Position numbers and translations under genes: made by a program
In this document: one piece after another, positions 38,791 to 51,333 of the stretch
Numbering within the stretch: position 1 is the first letter of the stretch
How the letters are laid out: each line of letters opens with the position of its first letter
DNA from: Eledone cirrhosa
Taxonomy: Eukaryota
Assembly: GCA_964016885.1 (NCBI GenBank)
Contig: OZ024749.1
Span: 41,974,001-42,038,000, forward strand
Reading direction: 5' to 3'
DNA: 64,000 nucleotides
The notes under the pieces: model-generated
The model's database searches: none
The model's input: only the letters and a program-made list of their open reading frames with translations
Told to the model about the DNA's origin: nothing

Positions 38791-39744
38791 TGAAGATGAT
38801 ACATTATTATCTCAACATTTGGAGATGTTATTTAAATATATTAGATTTCAGCCATTAAAATGGTGGACAACTTGGAAGCTTGATTCTCTCCCTATCAACT
38901 GAACAGCTTCTAAAACATCAACTGATGGTATTTACTTGGTGGTGGTGGTGGTGGTGGTGGTGTTTGGTGGGGGTGGCAGTGGTGGTGGTGGTGGTGTTGG
39001 TGGTGGTAGTGGTGGGGGTGGGGTGGGGTGGTGTTTGGGGGTGGTGGTGGCAGTGGTGGGCGGTGGGCGTTGGTGAGTGGTGGTGGTGGGGGTGACTGGT
39101 GAGTGGTGGTGGTGGTGGTATTGATGGTGACGGCGCTGGTGAGTGGAGGTGGTGAAGGTGGTGTGATGTTTATGCAATGGAGTTGGTGGTGTGATGTTTG
39201 TGCAATGGAGTTGGTTGTGGTGGTGGTGTGATGTTCGTGTGAAATGTTTAATCCAAGAGTGCACAAGAAATGGAAACTGATAAATATATTTACATGTGCA
39301 TGAATACATAAATATGTGTATTCATGCACATGTAAATATATTTATGAGTGTGTGTGTGTCCATGTGTACACAAATATGTACACATGGACACACACACAGA
39401 CACACACACAGACACACATACATACACATATATACATATCCATGCTAGCGTGGAAAATGGACGTTAAACGAAGATGATGATGATGATACATACATATACA
39501 TATATATCGTCTAACCCATGCTCGTGTGGAAAAATTGACATTAAACGGTGATGATGATGATGATATATATATATATATAGGGTGTCCCCAAAAAATGTAT
39601 ACACTTTGATTACCTGTACAGGCAATATTTATTTGAATGCTGTTAAAGTATGTATACATTTTGTTGGGACACCCTGTATATATCTGAATATATAAATGTA
39701 AATGGATGTTAAACAATGATGATGATGCTGATAAATATATATAT

Positions 39745-40093
39745 GGAGGCACATGGCTTAGTGGTTAGAGCATTGGCCTTGCAATCGAAAGGTTGTGAGT
39801 TCAATTCTCAGACCGGGTGATGTGTTGTTTCCTTGAGCAAGACACTTTATTTCACATTGCTCCAGTTTACTCAGCTGTAGAAATGAGATGATAGGGACTG
39901 GGGTCCATATCATTCCACTGCAAAGTGGTCGTGGAGGTGCCACGGCAAAAAAGCAGCCAGCCCTCACTGTAAATGAGGTTGGTGTTAGGAAGAGCACCCA
40001 GCTGTAGAAATTAAGCCAGAATCAGTTCCCGTCCCACCTTTGCAAGCAGGGAAAAGCGGACGTAAAATGATGATGATGATGATGATGATGATG
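39745..40093 (+). mobile_element. CORE-type SINE with RTE tail (same family as 23148)
   Basis: Near-identical copy. Confidence 0.85.
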
Positions 40094-41213
40094 CATATAT
40101 ATATAATAGAAATTTATATCTATTAATTTCAATCTCATTCTTCCATAACAGCTCAATGAAATTAGGTCAAAAAAAAACTCCATTAATCATAGCATACTCT
40201 AAATCAGGCATGTCAAACCGAGGGTCCCCTGATTTTCTTTATTATTCTTATGAGATGCTGAATGAGTTGGGGTCTAGAATCCAACGAAACCTAAGTACCT
40301 GTTTATGTTGTAACTATTTATAACATCATCATCATCATTGTTTAAAGTCCATCTCCCACGCAGCATGGGTTAGACGGTTTTGTTCCCTTTGATGTGGGAT
40401 TGGTCGGGTGACTATGTCTCCCTTGTACGGAACTGTCTCTGGCAGGCTTTCTACAGCTGGATGCCCTTCCTAACACCAACCACATTTACAGTGTGGACTG
40501 TATATATATATATATATAGAAATGACTTCTACAGGACTAGAACTGTTCCATTTGTATGAAATCATCAGTATCGAATGAGTAAACATCACTGATAATGGAC
40601 AAAAATTCTGAAATGCATATCTGGCTTTCTCACATATGGTTACTGAGATAGCTGTGACATGATCACTGCTTAAAATATTCATAGCAAGACTTATATATGT
40701 TTGTTATACATAAACATATCATATACGTCTTTATAAACACCTCTATCCTAATTCATTATCTAAATTTGGTTTATGAGGTATAATTATTTCTGCATGGCTG
40801 CTAATGTTATTGTAAGTATCTGCACTAGTTTCCATATAGTCTGAAGTTATGTAACTGTACGGTAACTGTGTGTAGGTACTATTTTCTACTTAGAAAAGGT
40901 CTTTAGTAGAGAAGATGGAGAGATATCTGGGGTGTTTTTGTTCTGTTTTTGTTACTTTTTTTATTTTATATACATATATATATTTTTAGATTTCATAATG
41001 TTCTTAATGTGAAATTTATGTTTATTTTGGAAGGTGTTTGTATACATAGAACTTTATGGTAGATATCATAAACACACACACACCACACACATCTATGCAC
41101 ACACATATACACTCATACGTAAACACAGACACATATACACACATACATAAACACACACACATATACACACAAATGTATACATTTACAGACACATGTGCAC
41201 ACACATATGTATA

Positions 41214-41259
<46 letters not shown>

Positions 41260-41273
41260 TGTGTGTACATATG

Positions 41274-41337
<64 letters not shown>

Positions 41338-41873
41338 CACACATATATATATTATTTTGCCGTATATTTAAACAAAAAAAAATATTATTCAACTAAATTG
41401 TGAAATTGTTAACATTTAGTGGAACTGTGGTGGTGAGGGTTGTGGTGGTGGTTGTTGTGTTGGTGGTTGTGGTGGTTGTGGTGGTGGTTGTTGTGGGGGT
41501 GTTGGTTGTTGTAGTGGTGGCTGAAGTGGTGGTGGTTGTGGAATTTGAAGATGATGGTGATTGTGGTGGTGACTATGGTGGTGGAGGTTGTGGTGGTGGG
41601 GTGATGTTTATTGGTTGTGGTGGCTGGAGATGATGGTGATTGTGGTGGTGACTATGGTGGTGGAGGTTGTGGTGGTGGGGTGATGTTTATTGGTTGTGGT
41701 GGCTGGAGATGATGGTGATTGTGGTGGTGACTATGGTGGTGGTTGTGGGGGTGCTGGTGGTGGTGGTGGTTATGGTAGCTGTGGGTGGTACTGGTAGTAA
41801 TGGTGGTAGTGATGGGGGAACTTGGCTGAAAATATTTAAAGTTTAGTTAAGTTTTATATTTTTGGTTCATACT

Positions 41874-41913
<40 letters not shown>

Positions 41914-42192
41914 CAGTAACAGTAGTAGTAGAAACAAATGTTGTTATTTTAATGTTTTAATAGACTGAACTTAGTTTGTGACATACACAAGTCTCTTTTC
42001 ATAGGAATGTCACACATACATATACATACATATTCATGCATATACATACACACACACATGCACACATACATACACATATATACACATGCATACATACATA
42101 CACATACACACAAAAGTATATATATATATATTTATACACACACATATATATAGACACATAGACTTAAACATATAATATATATATATATACAT

Positions 42193-42251
<59 letters not shown>

Positions 42252-42351
42252 CATACACTTACATACATACACTTAGGCATGTATATATATAAATATACAT
42301 ATATATATGCCCATGCTAGTGTGGAAGACAGACGTTAAACGACGATGATGA

Positions 42352-42445
<94 letters not shown>

Positions 42446-42938
42446 GAATGCATGTACACATGTATATTTACATATGCATACATTCACACATAAGTATACA
42501 TACACATATACACCTACACCTGCATACACACACACATAGATGCATGTACACAAGTATACATATGTGCTCATGCATGTATACATATATACACTTACACAAG
42601 GATGTCTTTCACACACATACACACATGCACATACACACACAAACACATACATATACATACATACCAACATGCTTTCTCTTTCTCACTCTATCTCTCACTT
42701 TCTCTCTAATCTTTCCCTCTTTGGTGATGTATTTGTATTTTATTTAAAAAAAGTGTCTTTCCTAAGTTTAAGGCAGACAGACAGACAGACAGTAGCTATA
42801 GACACATTTTAAAGGTCCTCTTATTTCTAATGAGCAGTGTATTGGGTTAGATTAGGTTGTGTGTGTTTGTGTATATGTATGTATACATGTATACATATAT
42901 TTGTATATATGTGTATGTGTCTATGTATATATATATAT

Positions 42939-43546
42939 GGTGGCTGCCAACTCGTTTTCGAGTACGGCCACTACTTTATATCCATGTAGGAGAACCCCTA
43001 CCGATGCACTGAACGAGTGTGACTTTTTAGTCCAGCCAGCGACTTGAAAACTCTGGTACAAACACTACACTTGTGACAATTATTGACACATAGTGCTGGG
43101 CCCATGGTACCATGTGACGACAAGTGCAGAGAGATCTCCAGATATAAAGCAATGTCTGTGCCGTGAAGCTTTTATAGTGAGCAAAGGCACTGCACAAAGC
43201 CAGTCCTACTCTCTTAACCAAGATGATATTTACCAAAAAGAAGCACAAGTCAACATCATTGGATACCATCAGAGTTGCAGGTGTTATATCAGAGTTTTCC
43301 TTCTCCTAGAATTCTGTCTTGACAAAGGCTAAGGGGTCATCTCTCCCAGTGATTTTGGATGGCCATTGACTCTTAAGAGCTTCTTTGCTCTTTGACAGGT
43401 TTTGTTTTTAGTCCTGCAGGATGTCCAAAGTCACCCTCCTCACCAAGAAGCCTTGGTGGGGTTGCCAGTTTAGTCGCCAACGACCCGTCCATGAGACAGG
43501 TTGTACTGGGATACATGTTACCACTAGCACCAACTGGTGACCTGAC
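42939..43546. mobile_element. Unclassified about 600-bp GC-richer insertion between TA tracts (probable retroelement fragment)
   Basis: Sharp composition change, flanked by (TA)n, no convincing ORF. Confidence 0.35.
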
Positions 43547-43763
43547 ACATATATATATATATATATATATGTACAAATACACACATATATATATAGGAAA
43601 AGAGTCAGGACCCCAACGGCTGAGCTCCAGCCGTTTCGACAGCTAGATCTGAACTGATATATATATGTGATGATATATATATATATACATATATATATAT
43701 ATGTATATATGATGATGATGATATATGTATATATGTATATATATGATGATGATGATGATGATG

Positions 43764-43797
<34 letters not shown>

Positions 43798-44397
43798 GAT
43801 GATGATGATGATGATAATATATATATATATGTATGCATATGTATATCATATATACGTAATTGTAGATATAGCAAAGTTACACACAGAAAAAGAAACAAAA
43901 TACGTGGAACGAACGAATAAAAATCATGAAATTTCTTCCTCAGCCACACTCTGAGCAATGCAATTTCGTGCATATGGGTGAGATTGCCTAATATTGAGCC
44001 CAGGTTGCACAATGGCTTGTACAAGCCTCCAGAAAGATGCATATAAGACAACACAACAGCATAGGGTCAGATGAAATCAAGAGAATGTCTTTCGACTGGG
44101 ACAGAAATGGGAACATGTAAACAAATAAGATTGTATAATCTTACAGCTGGAAACATGACAGGATATATTGCAGGGAGATTGTGCAAAAAATTGTAACATG
44201 GTGAAAGAATATATATATATATATGCTTTTATAATTTTCTATATATTTTTTACATATTATTTTTCTTACATATTAATTTTTTTATATAATTTTTTATATA
44301 TATTTTTCTTATGTATATTTTCCATTATTTTTCCAGCCTCATTTCCAATTTTTTTAACAGATCTTAAATCTCATTTCATATTTTCTATTCATAACAT

Positions 44398-44465
44398 CTC
44401 TGTCTGATGAACAATCTAGACATATATTAATATTGTCTGGGGTCCTGAAACCTTTGGTAATGGAG
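44398..44465 (+). ncRNA. Type-I hammerhead motif with long stem II
   Basis: CTCTGT-CTGATGA-[acaatCTAGACA...TGTCTGGggtcct]-GAAA-CC-ttt-GGT-A-ATGGAG; GUA triplet. Confidence 0.5.
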
Positions 44466-44512
44466 TAGTTGTATATTGTGTTGTTCACTCCCTAATTAAA
44501 TATATATATAAT

Positions 44513-44845
44513 GTAGGCACATGGCTTAGTGGTTAGAGCATTGGGCTTGCAATCGAAAGGTTGTGAGTTCAATTCTCAGACCGGGTGATGTGTTGTTTCC
44601 TTGAGCAAGACACTTTATTTCACATTGCTCCAGTTTACTCAGCTGTAGAAATGAGATGATAGGGACTGGGGTCCCTATCATTCCACTGCAAAGTGGTCGT
44701 GGAGGTGCCACGGCAAAAAAGCAGCCAGCCCTCACTGTAAATGAGGTTGGTGTTAGGAAGGGCATCCAGCTGTAGAAATCAAGCCAGAATCAGTTCCCGT
44801 CCCACCCTTGCAAGCAGGGAAAAAGCGGATGTAAAATGAAATGAA
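44513..44845 (+). mobile_element. CORE-type SINE with RTE tail (same family as 23148)
   Basis: Near-identical copy. Confidence 0.85.
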
Positions 44846-44940
44846 AAAAAGGAAATGATATATATATATATGCTAGCACGGAAGATGGACGTTAAACGAT
44901 GATGATGATGATGAATATAAATCTCTCTATATATATATAT

Positions 44941-45053
44941 ATTAAAATAATAGATTAAAGTTTAAGCAAAGAATTGCTGTTTTCACCCTTAACGGAATCT
45001 TAACGAAGGGTGAAAGCAAGGATTCTTTGCTTAAACTTTAATCTGTTATTTTA
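44941..45053. repeat. Short fold-back (about 50-bp arms), same repeat family as 57880-58709
   Basis: attaaaataatagattaaagtttaagcaaagaat...attctttgcttaaactttaatctgttattttaat. Confidence 0.8.
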
Positions 45054-45357
45054 ATAAATATTTGCTCTATGGTTTTTATATATTTTCATATATATATTAT
45101 CCTTATCGGGCCCTCTTCGGATTTTAGTTTTCACATTTATTATTATTACTATTAATATCTATCTATCTATATATATATGGTAAGAGGTGCACAAGCAGAC
45201 AATGTGTATGATACAGTTATGTCTGCATAAATACAGAGTGCGTAACTGAGATTGCACCAATGTGTATAAATACTATGTATACACATATCTAATTTGTAGA
45301 CATGTAAACATGCCAGAAAATATGAATTTCCCTGTAAATTGAAGAAAAATCATAAAC

Positions 45358-45402
45358 ATCTTTAATTGATTTTCGGATTTTATTGAATCCTCATCAGAAG
45401 AT
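45358..45402 (-). ncRNA. Minimal type-I hammerhead ribozyme motif
   Basis: Minus strand: ATCTT-CTGATGA-GGATT-caataa-AATCC-GAAA-ATcaATT-A-AAGAT; all core nucleotides present. Confidence 0.7.
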
Positions 45403-45437
45403 TTGTATATCAACCACAAGGAAACATGTATTTGATG

Positions 45438-45474
<37 letters not shown>

Positions 45475-45739
45475 AGTATATGTTGGTTGTATACCAACAC
45501 CTCAGTATGCAGGCTGGAGCACTCGACGAAGTGCGCAGGTTGGTTTGGTTACTCCGGAGTAATGTAATATATATATATCCACACTGTAAACGTGGTTGGT
45601 GTTAGGAAGGGCATCCAGCTGTAGAAAACCCGCCAGACAGTCCTGAGCAAGACAACCAATCTTGCCTCAAGTGGGACAATTCCCGCCCAGACCCATGCTA
45701 GCGTGGAAAATGGACGTTAAACGATGATGATGATGATGA

Positions 45740-45773
<34 letters not shown>

Positions 45774-45839
45774 CCAATAACACCACCATATAATTACATG
45801 GTGGTGCTATTGGTAATGGTGCTGGTAGGGTGTGTGTGT

Positions 45840-47270
45840 GTGGTGGTAGGGGTGTGGTGGTAGTGGGTGTGATGGTGGTGGCAGGGGTGATGATAGTGGT
45901 AGGGATGATGATGGTGGTGGTAGGGGTGGTAGTAGAGGTGATGGTGGTGGCAGGGGGGATGGTGGTGGTAGGGATGATGATGGAGGTGGTAGTGGTGGTA
46001 GTGGGTGTGATGGTGGTGGCAGGGGTGATGATAGTGGTAGGGATGATGATGGTGGTGGTAGGGGTGGTAGTAGAGGTGATGGTGGTGGCAGGGGGGATGG
46101 TGGTGGTAGGGATGATGATGGAGGTGGTAGTGGTGGTAGTGGGTGTGATGGTGGTGGCAGGGGTGATGATAGTGGTAGGGATGATGATGGTGATGATAGG
46201 GGTGGTAGTAGAGGTGATGGTGGTGGCAGGGATGGTGGTGGTAGTGGTGGTAGTAGAGGTGGTGGTGGTGGCAGGGGTGATGGTGGTGGTAAGGGTAATG
46301 GTGGTGGTGGTGGTGTAGCAAGGGTGGAAAGCCTGTAGCTCATTAATGTAATTATATGAAGCTGAGACGTGAAAGGTAAGATGGTCCAAATTCTTTGATA
46401 TCGCCCCCTTACCTCCCTACCACCAACACCCCCATCACCATCATACACCACCACCACCATCTCCACTACACATTACCACCACCACCAACACCATCTCCAC
46501 CATACACCACCACCACCACCGTCTCCACTACACATTACCACCACCACCAACACCCCCATCACCATCATACACCACCACCACCATCTCCACTACACATTAC
46601 CACCACCACCAACACCATCTCCACCATACACCACCACCACCACCGTCTCCACTACACATTACCACCACCACCAACACCATCTCCACCATACACCACCACC
46701 ACCACCATCTCCACTACACATTACCACCACCACCAACACCATCTCCACCATACACCACCACCACCACCGTCTCCACTACACATTACCACCACCACCAACA
46801 CCATCTCCACCATACACCACCACCACCACCGTCTCCACTACACATTACCACCACCACCAACACCATCTCCACCATACACCACCACCAACACCGTCTCCAC
46901 CACACACCACCAAGACCGTCTCTACCACACACCACCACCACCATCTCCACTACCTCATTACCACCACTACCAACACTGTCTCCACCACACACCACCAAGA
47001 CCGTCTCTACCACACACCACCACCACCATCTCCACTACCTCATTACCACCACTACCAACACTGTCTCCACCACACACCACCAAGACCGTCTCTACCACAC
47101 ACCACCACCACCATCTCCACTACCTCATTACCACCACTACCAACACTGTCTCCACCACACCACCACCAAGACCGTCTCTACCACACACCACCACCACCAT
47201 CTCCACTACCTCATTACCACCAACAACAACACTGTCTCCACCACACCACCACCACCACCACCACCACCAC
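45840..47270. repeat. Two compound trinucleotide minisatellite blocks of opposite strand bias (45840-46315 GGT-rich; 46420-47270 CAC-rich)
   Basis: Seen directly. Confidence 0.9.
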
Positions 47271-47398
47271 AAGTTCAACCAGTTCTTCTTACTTAATGTC
47301 ACTAAGTGTATTATTATTGTACTTTAATGTCTAAGGGGGAAATATTTCTTTTACTGTTGTTCTTCCTGTTGTTATTATAAGGCATGGTAGTGTACTGT

Positions 47399-49250
47399 AC
47401 TATGTAGTGTAGTGTAGTATATAGTGTAGTACAGTGTAGTGTAGGATAGTATAGTGTAGTGTAGAGTAGGATAGTATAGTGTAGTACAGTGTAGTGTAGG
47501 ATAGTGTAGTGTAGAGTAGGATAGTATAGTGTAGTACAGTGTAGTGTAGTGTAGAGTAGGATAGTATAGTGTAGTACAGTGTAGTGTAGGATAGTGTAGT
47601 GTAGAGTAGGATAGTATAGTGTAGTACAGTGTAGTGTAGTGTAGAGTAGGATAGTATAGTGTAGTACAGTGTAGTGTAGGATAGTGTAGTGTAGAGTAGG
47701 ATAGTATAGTGTAGTACAGTATAGTGTAGGATAGTATAGTGTATAGTAGGATAGTATAGTGTAGTACAGTGTAGTGTAGGATAGTGTAGAGTAGGATAGT
47801 ATAGTGTAGTACAGTGTAGTGTAGAGTAGGATAGTATAGTGTAGTACAGTGTAGTGTAGGATAGTATAGTGTAGTACAGTGTAGTGTAGGATAGTGTAGT
47901 GTAGAGTAGGATAGTATAGTGTAGTACAGTGTAGTTTAGTGTAGTGTGGTGTAGAGTAGGATAGTATAGTGTAGTACAGTGTAGTGTAGGATAGTATAGT
48001 GTAGAGTAGGATAGTATAGTGTAGTACAGTGTAGTGTAGAGTAGGATAGTATAGTGTAGTACAGTGTAGTGTAGGATAGTGTAGTGTAGAGTAGGATAGT
48101 ATAGTGTAGTGTAGTGTAGAGTAGGATAGTATAGTGTAGTACAGTGTAGTGTAGAGTAGGATAGTATAGTGTAGTACAGTGTAGTGTAGGATAGTGTAGT
48201 GTAGAGTAGGATAGTATAGTGTAGTACAGTGTAGTGTAGTGTAGAGTAGGATAGTATAGTGTAGTACAGTGTAGTGTAGGATAGTGTAGTGTAGAGTAGG
48301 ATAGTATAGTGTAGTACAGTGTAGTGTAGTGTAGAGTAGGATAGTATAGTGTAGTACAGTGTAGTGTAGGATAGTGTAGTGTAGAGTAGGATAGTATAGT
48401 GTAGTACAGTATAGTGTAGGATAGTATAGTGTATAGTAGGATAGTATAGTGTAGTACAGTGTAGTGTAGGATAGTATAGTGTAGAGTAGGATAGTATAGT
48501 GTAGTACAGTGTAGTGTAGAGTAGGATAGTATAGTGTAGTACAGTGTAGTGTAGGATAGTATAGTGTAGTACAGTGTAGTGTAGGATAGTGTAGTGTAGA
48601 GTAGGATAGTATAGTGTAGTACAGTGTAGTTTAGTGTAGTGTGGTGTAGAGTAGGATAGTATAGTGTAGTACAGTGTAGTGTAGGATAGTATAGTGTAGA
48701 GTAGGATAGTATACTGTAGTACAGTGTAGTGTAGGATAGTATAGTGTAGTGTAGAGTAGGATAGTATAGTGTAGTGTAGTATAGGATAGTATAGTGTATA
48801 GTAAGATAGTATAGTGTAGTACAGTGTAGTGTAGGATAGTGTAGTGTAGAGTAGGATAGTATAGTGTAGTGTAGGATAGTATAGTGTATAGTAGGATAGT
48901 ATAGTGTAGTACAGTGTAGTGTAGAGTAGGATAGTATAGTGTAGTACAGTGTAGTACAGTGTAGTTTAGTGTAGAGTAGGATAGTATAGTGTAGTACAGT
49001 GTAGTGTAGGATAGTATAGTGTAGTGTAGAGTAGGATAGTATAGTGTAGTACAGTGTAGTGTAGGATAGTGTAGTGTAGAGTAGGATAGTATAGTGTAGT
49101 ACAGTGTAGTGTAGGATAGTGTAGTGTAGAGTAGGATAGTATAGTGTAGTACAGTGTAGTTTAGTGTAGTGTAGTGTAGTGTTGTGTAGTGTAGCATAAT
49201 GTAGTGTAGCATAGTTTTGGGTAGTGTACTATAGTATAATATAGTGTAGT
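47399..49250. repeat. Pentamer satellite (GTAGT/ATAGT/ACAGT/GTAGG/GTAGA) with higher-order structure
   Basis: 5-nt periodicity; rare variants recur about 690-695 bp apart. Confidence 0.95.
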
Positions 49251-49678
49251 GTTGTGGACATGGGTGAAGGACGTGGAAGGTGTATGGAAGGAGGAGGGGA
49301 AGTGGTGTACGCTAGATGTATGCTTCAGCCTGTGCTAACGCCAGGGATTTCAATCCTGTGTCATCGCCTTTGAGAGGTGCAATTGTGCAAGGTCAGCCTT
49401 TATCACATCATTCCTGGTCTTTCTAGGTCTTCCTACTCCCTAGCTTCCATCAACTTTGAGTGCCCTGCGCCTTTTTATATAGCTGTCATCCTTCATATGC
49501 ATCTCATGTCCATACCAGCACAATCTCATCTCATGCACACTGCATCTGATCCTTCTTACACCCAGTTTCTAAGATACTCAGTTTCCTTAAGTTTTTTCAC
49601 CACTTCATGAAGTGAAAAAAAGTTCAGGAAACTCTGTGTACCTCAAAATATATATATGTGTGTATGCATATATAGATG

Positions 49679-49725
<47 letters not shown>

Positions 49726-50236
49726 GTCCCACCCTTGCAAGCAGGGAAAAGCGGACATAAAATGATGATGATGATGATGATGATGATGAAACGATGATGA
49801 TGATATATATATATATATATATTCTACATAAGTCTACATATGTTAGACCTCCATCAAATCAATTTCAATGATGAGTGTACCAATTGTTTGATCAATGGAA
49901 CAGCCTATTCATGAAATTAATGTGTAAGTGGTTGAGTATTCCACAGGTACATGTACCCATAACATAATTCTAAGGAAGATTCAGTGTGATACAGTGTGAC
50001 AATGCTGGCTATTTGAATTACAGCTACAGTCAATCTGATGGGCTTCCATATTGTTTCTGTTCACCCAATTTCATACACAGGGCATGGGTTGACTCAAGGC
50101 TATGCTAAATAACACTTGCCTTAGATGCCATGCAGTGGGATCGAGCCTGAGACCTCATAATTTCAAAGAAACTTCTTAACCATTCAGCTTTGCTGTGTCC
50201 ATCACTAACACTCTTGCAAAAACCATGGATATCTTT

Positions 50237-50607
50237 CAGACCTGTCAACTCTCCCCATCCGACGGGGAGATCTCCCTGTTTTTGTGAAAATAGGTATAGC
50301 TTTCATTATGTAAAATCTCCCCATTTTGCCTCATTTTTTCCCCATTTTGGGGCACTTCTTTCCCTGGTTCTCCCCATTTGGGTTTTTAGAGGTTGACATG
50401 TCTGGTGTGTGTCAGTGCATGTCTGCTGTGTGTCAGACCTGTCAACTCTCCCTCTCTGACGGGGAGATCTCCCCATTTTGTCTCACTTCTCCCTGTCTCC
50501 CCGTTTTTGAGAAAATGGTTATAGCTTTTATCATATAAAATCTCCCTATTTTGGGGCAAAATTTTCCATGGTACTCCCCGTTTGGGTTTTTAGAGGTTAG
50601 CAGGTAT
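50237..50607. mobile_element. Two tandem copies of an about 170-bp TIR-bounded MITE-like element
   Basis: cagacctgtcaac...gttgacatgtctg (50237-50404) and a second copy from about 50434. Confidence 0.6.
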
Positions 50608-51030
50608 GATCATAATAAGATTTCATTCTTCCTTGTTTCATTAATTTAGATTGTCTGCTCACCTAATGGTTCATTGGTTAACGGAAGAAGATGTTTTGAT
50701 GGCGACAGCTAGATAAATATTGACAATACCTTCCCACACCCCTATACTCCTAGATACATTAGTACCAGTGCCATATGTTGAAGTTGGTTCTATTAATACT
50801 GACTTCTTGTGAACCTTTTTCACAATATCCCCATGTCTAATTTGGCCTGCTGGTTGGCTGTGTCATATATTGTAAATAAATGGCCACCAGAGTTGATTGG
50901 TTGGTTGGTTGCTTCAATAGGATGTCGTATCTATGTATGCATGAATGTATATATATATAATATATACATATATATATTTAAATATATATATACATATGCG
51001 TATATATATATATTTATATTTATGTGTGTG

Positions 51031-51087
<57 letters not shown>

Positions 51088-51239
51088 TCATCATCATCAT
51101 CACGTTAAACGATGATGATGATGATGATGATGATGATGATATATATATATATACACATAGACACACATAAATATAAGTATATATATATACGCATATGTAT
51201 ATATATATTTAAATATATATATGTATATATGACAAGTAA

Positions 51240-51333
<94 letters not shown>

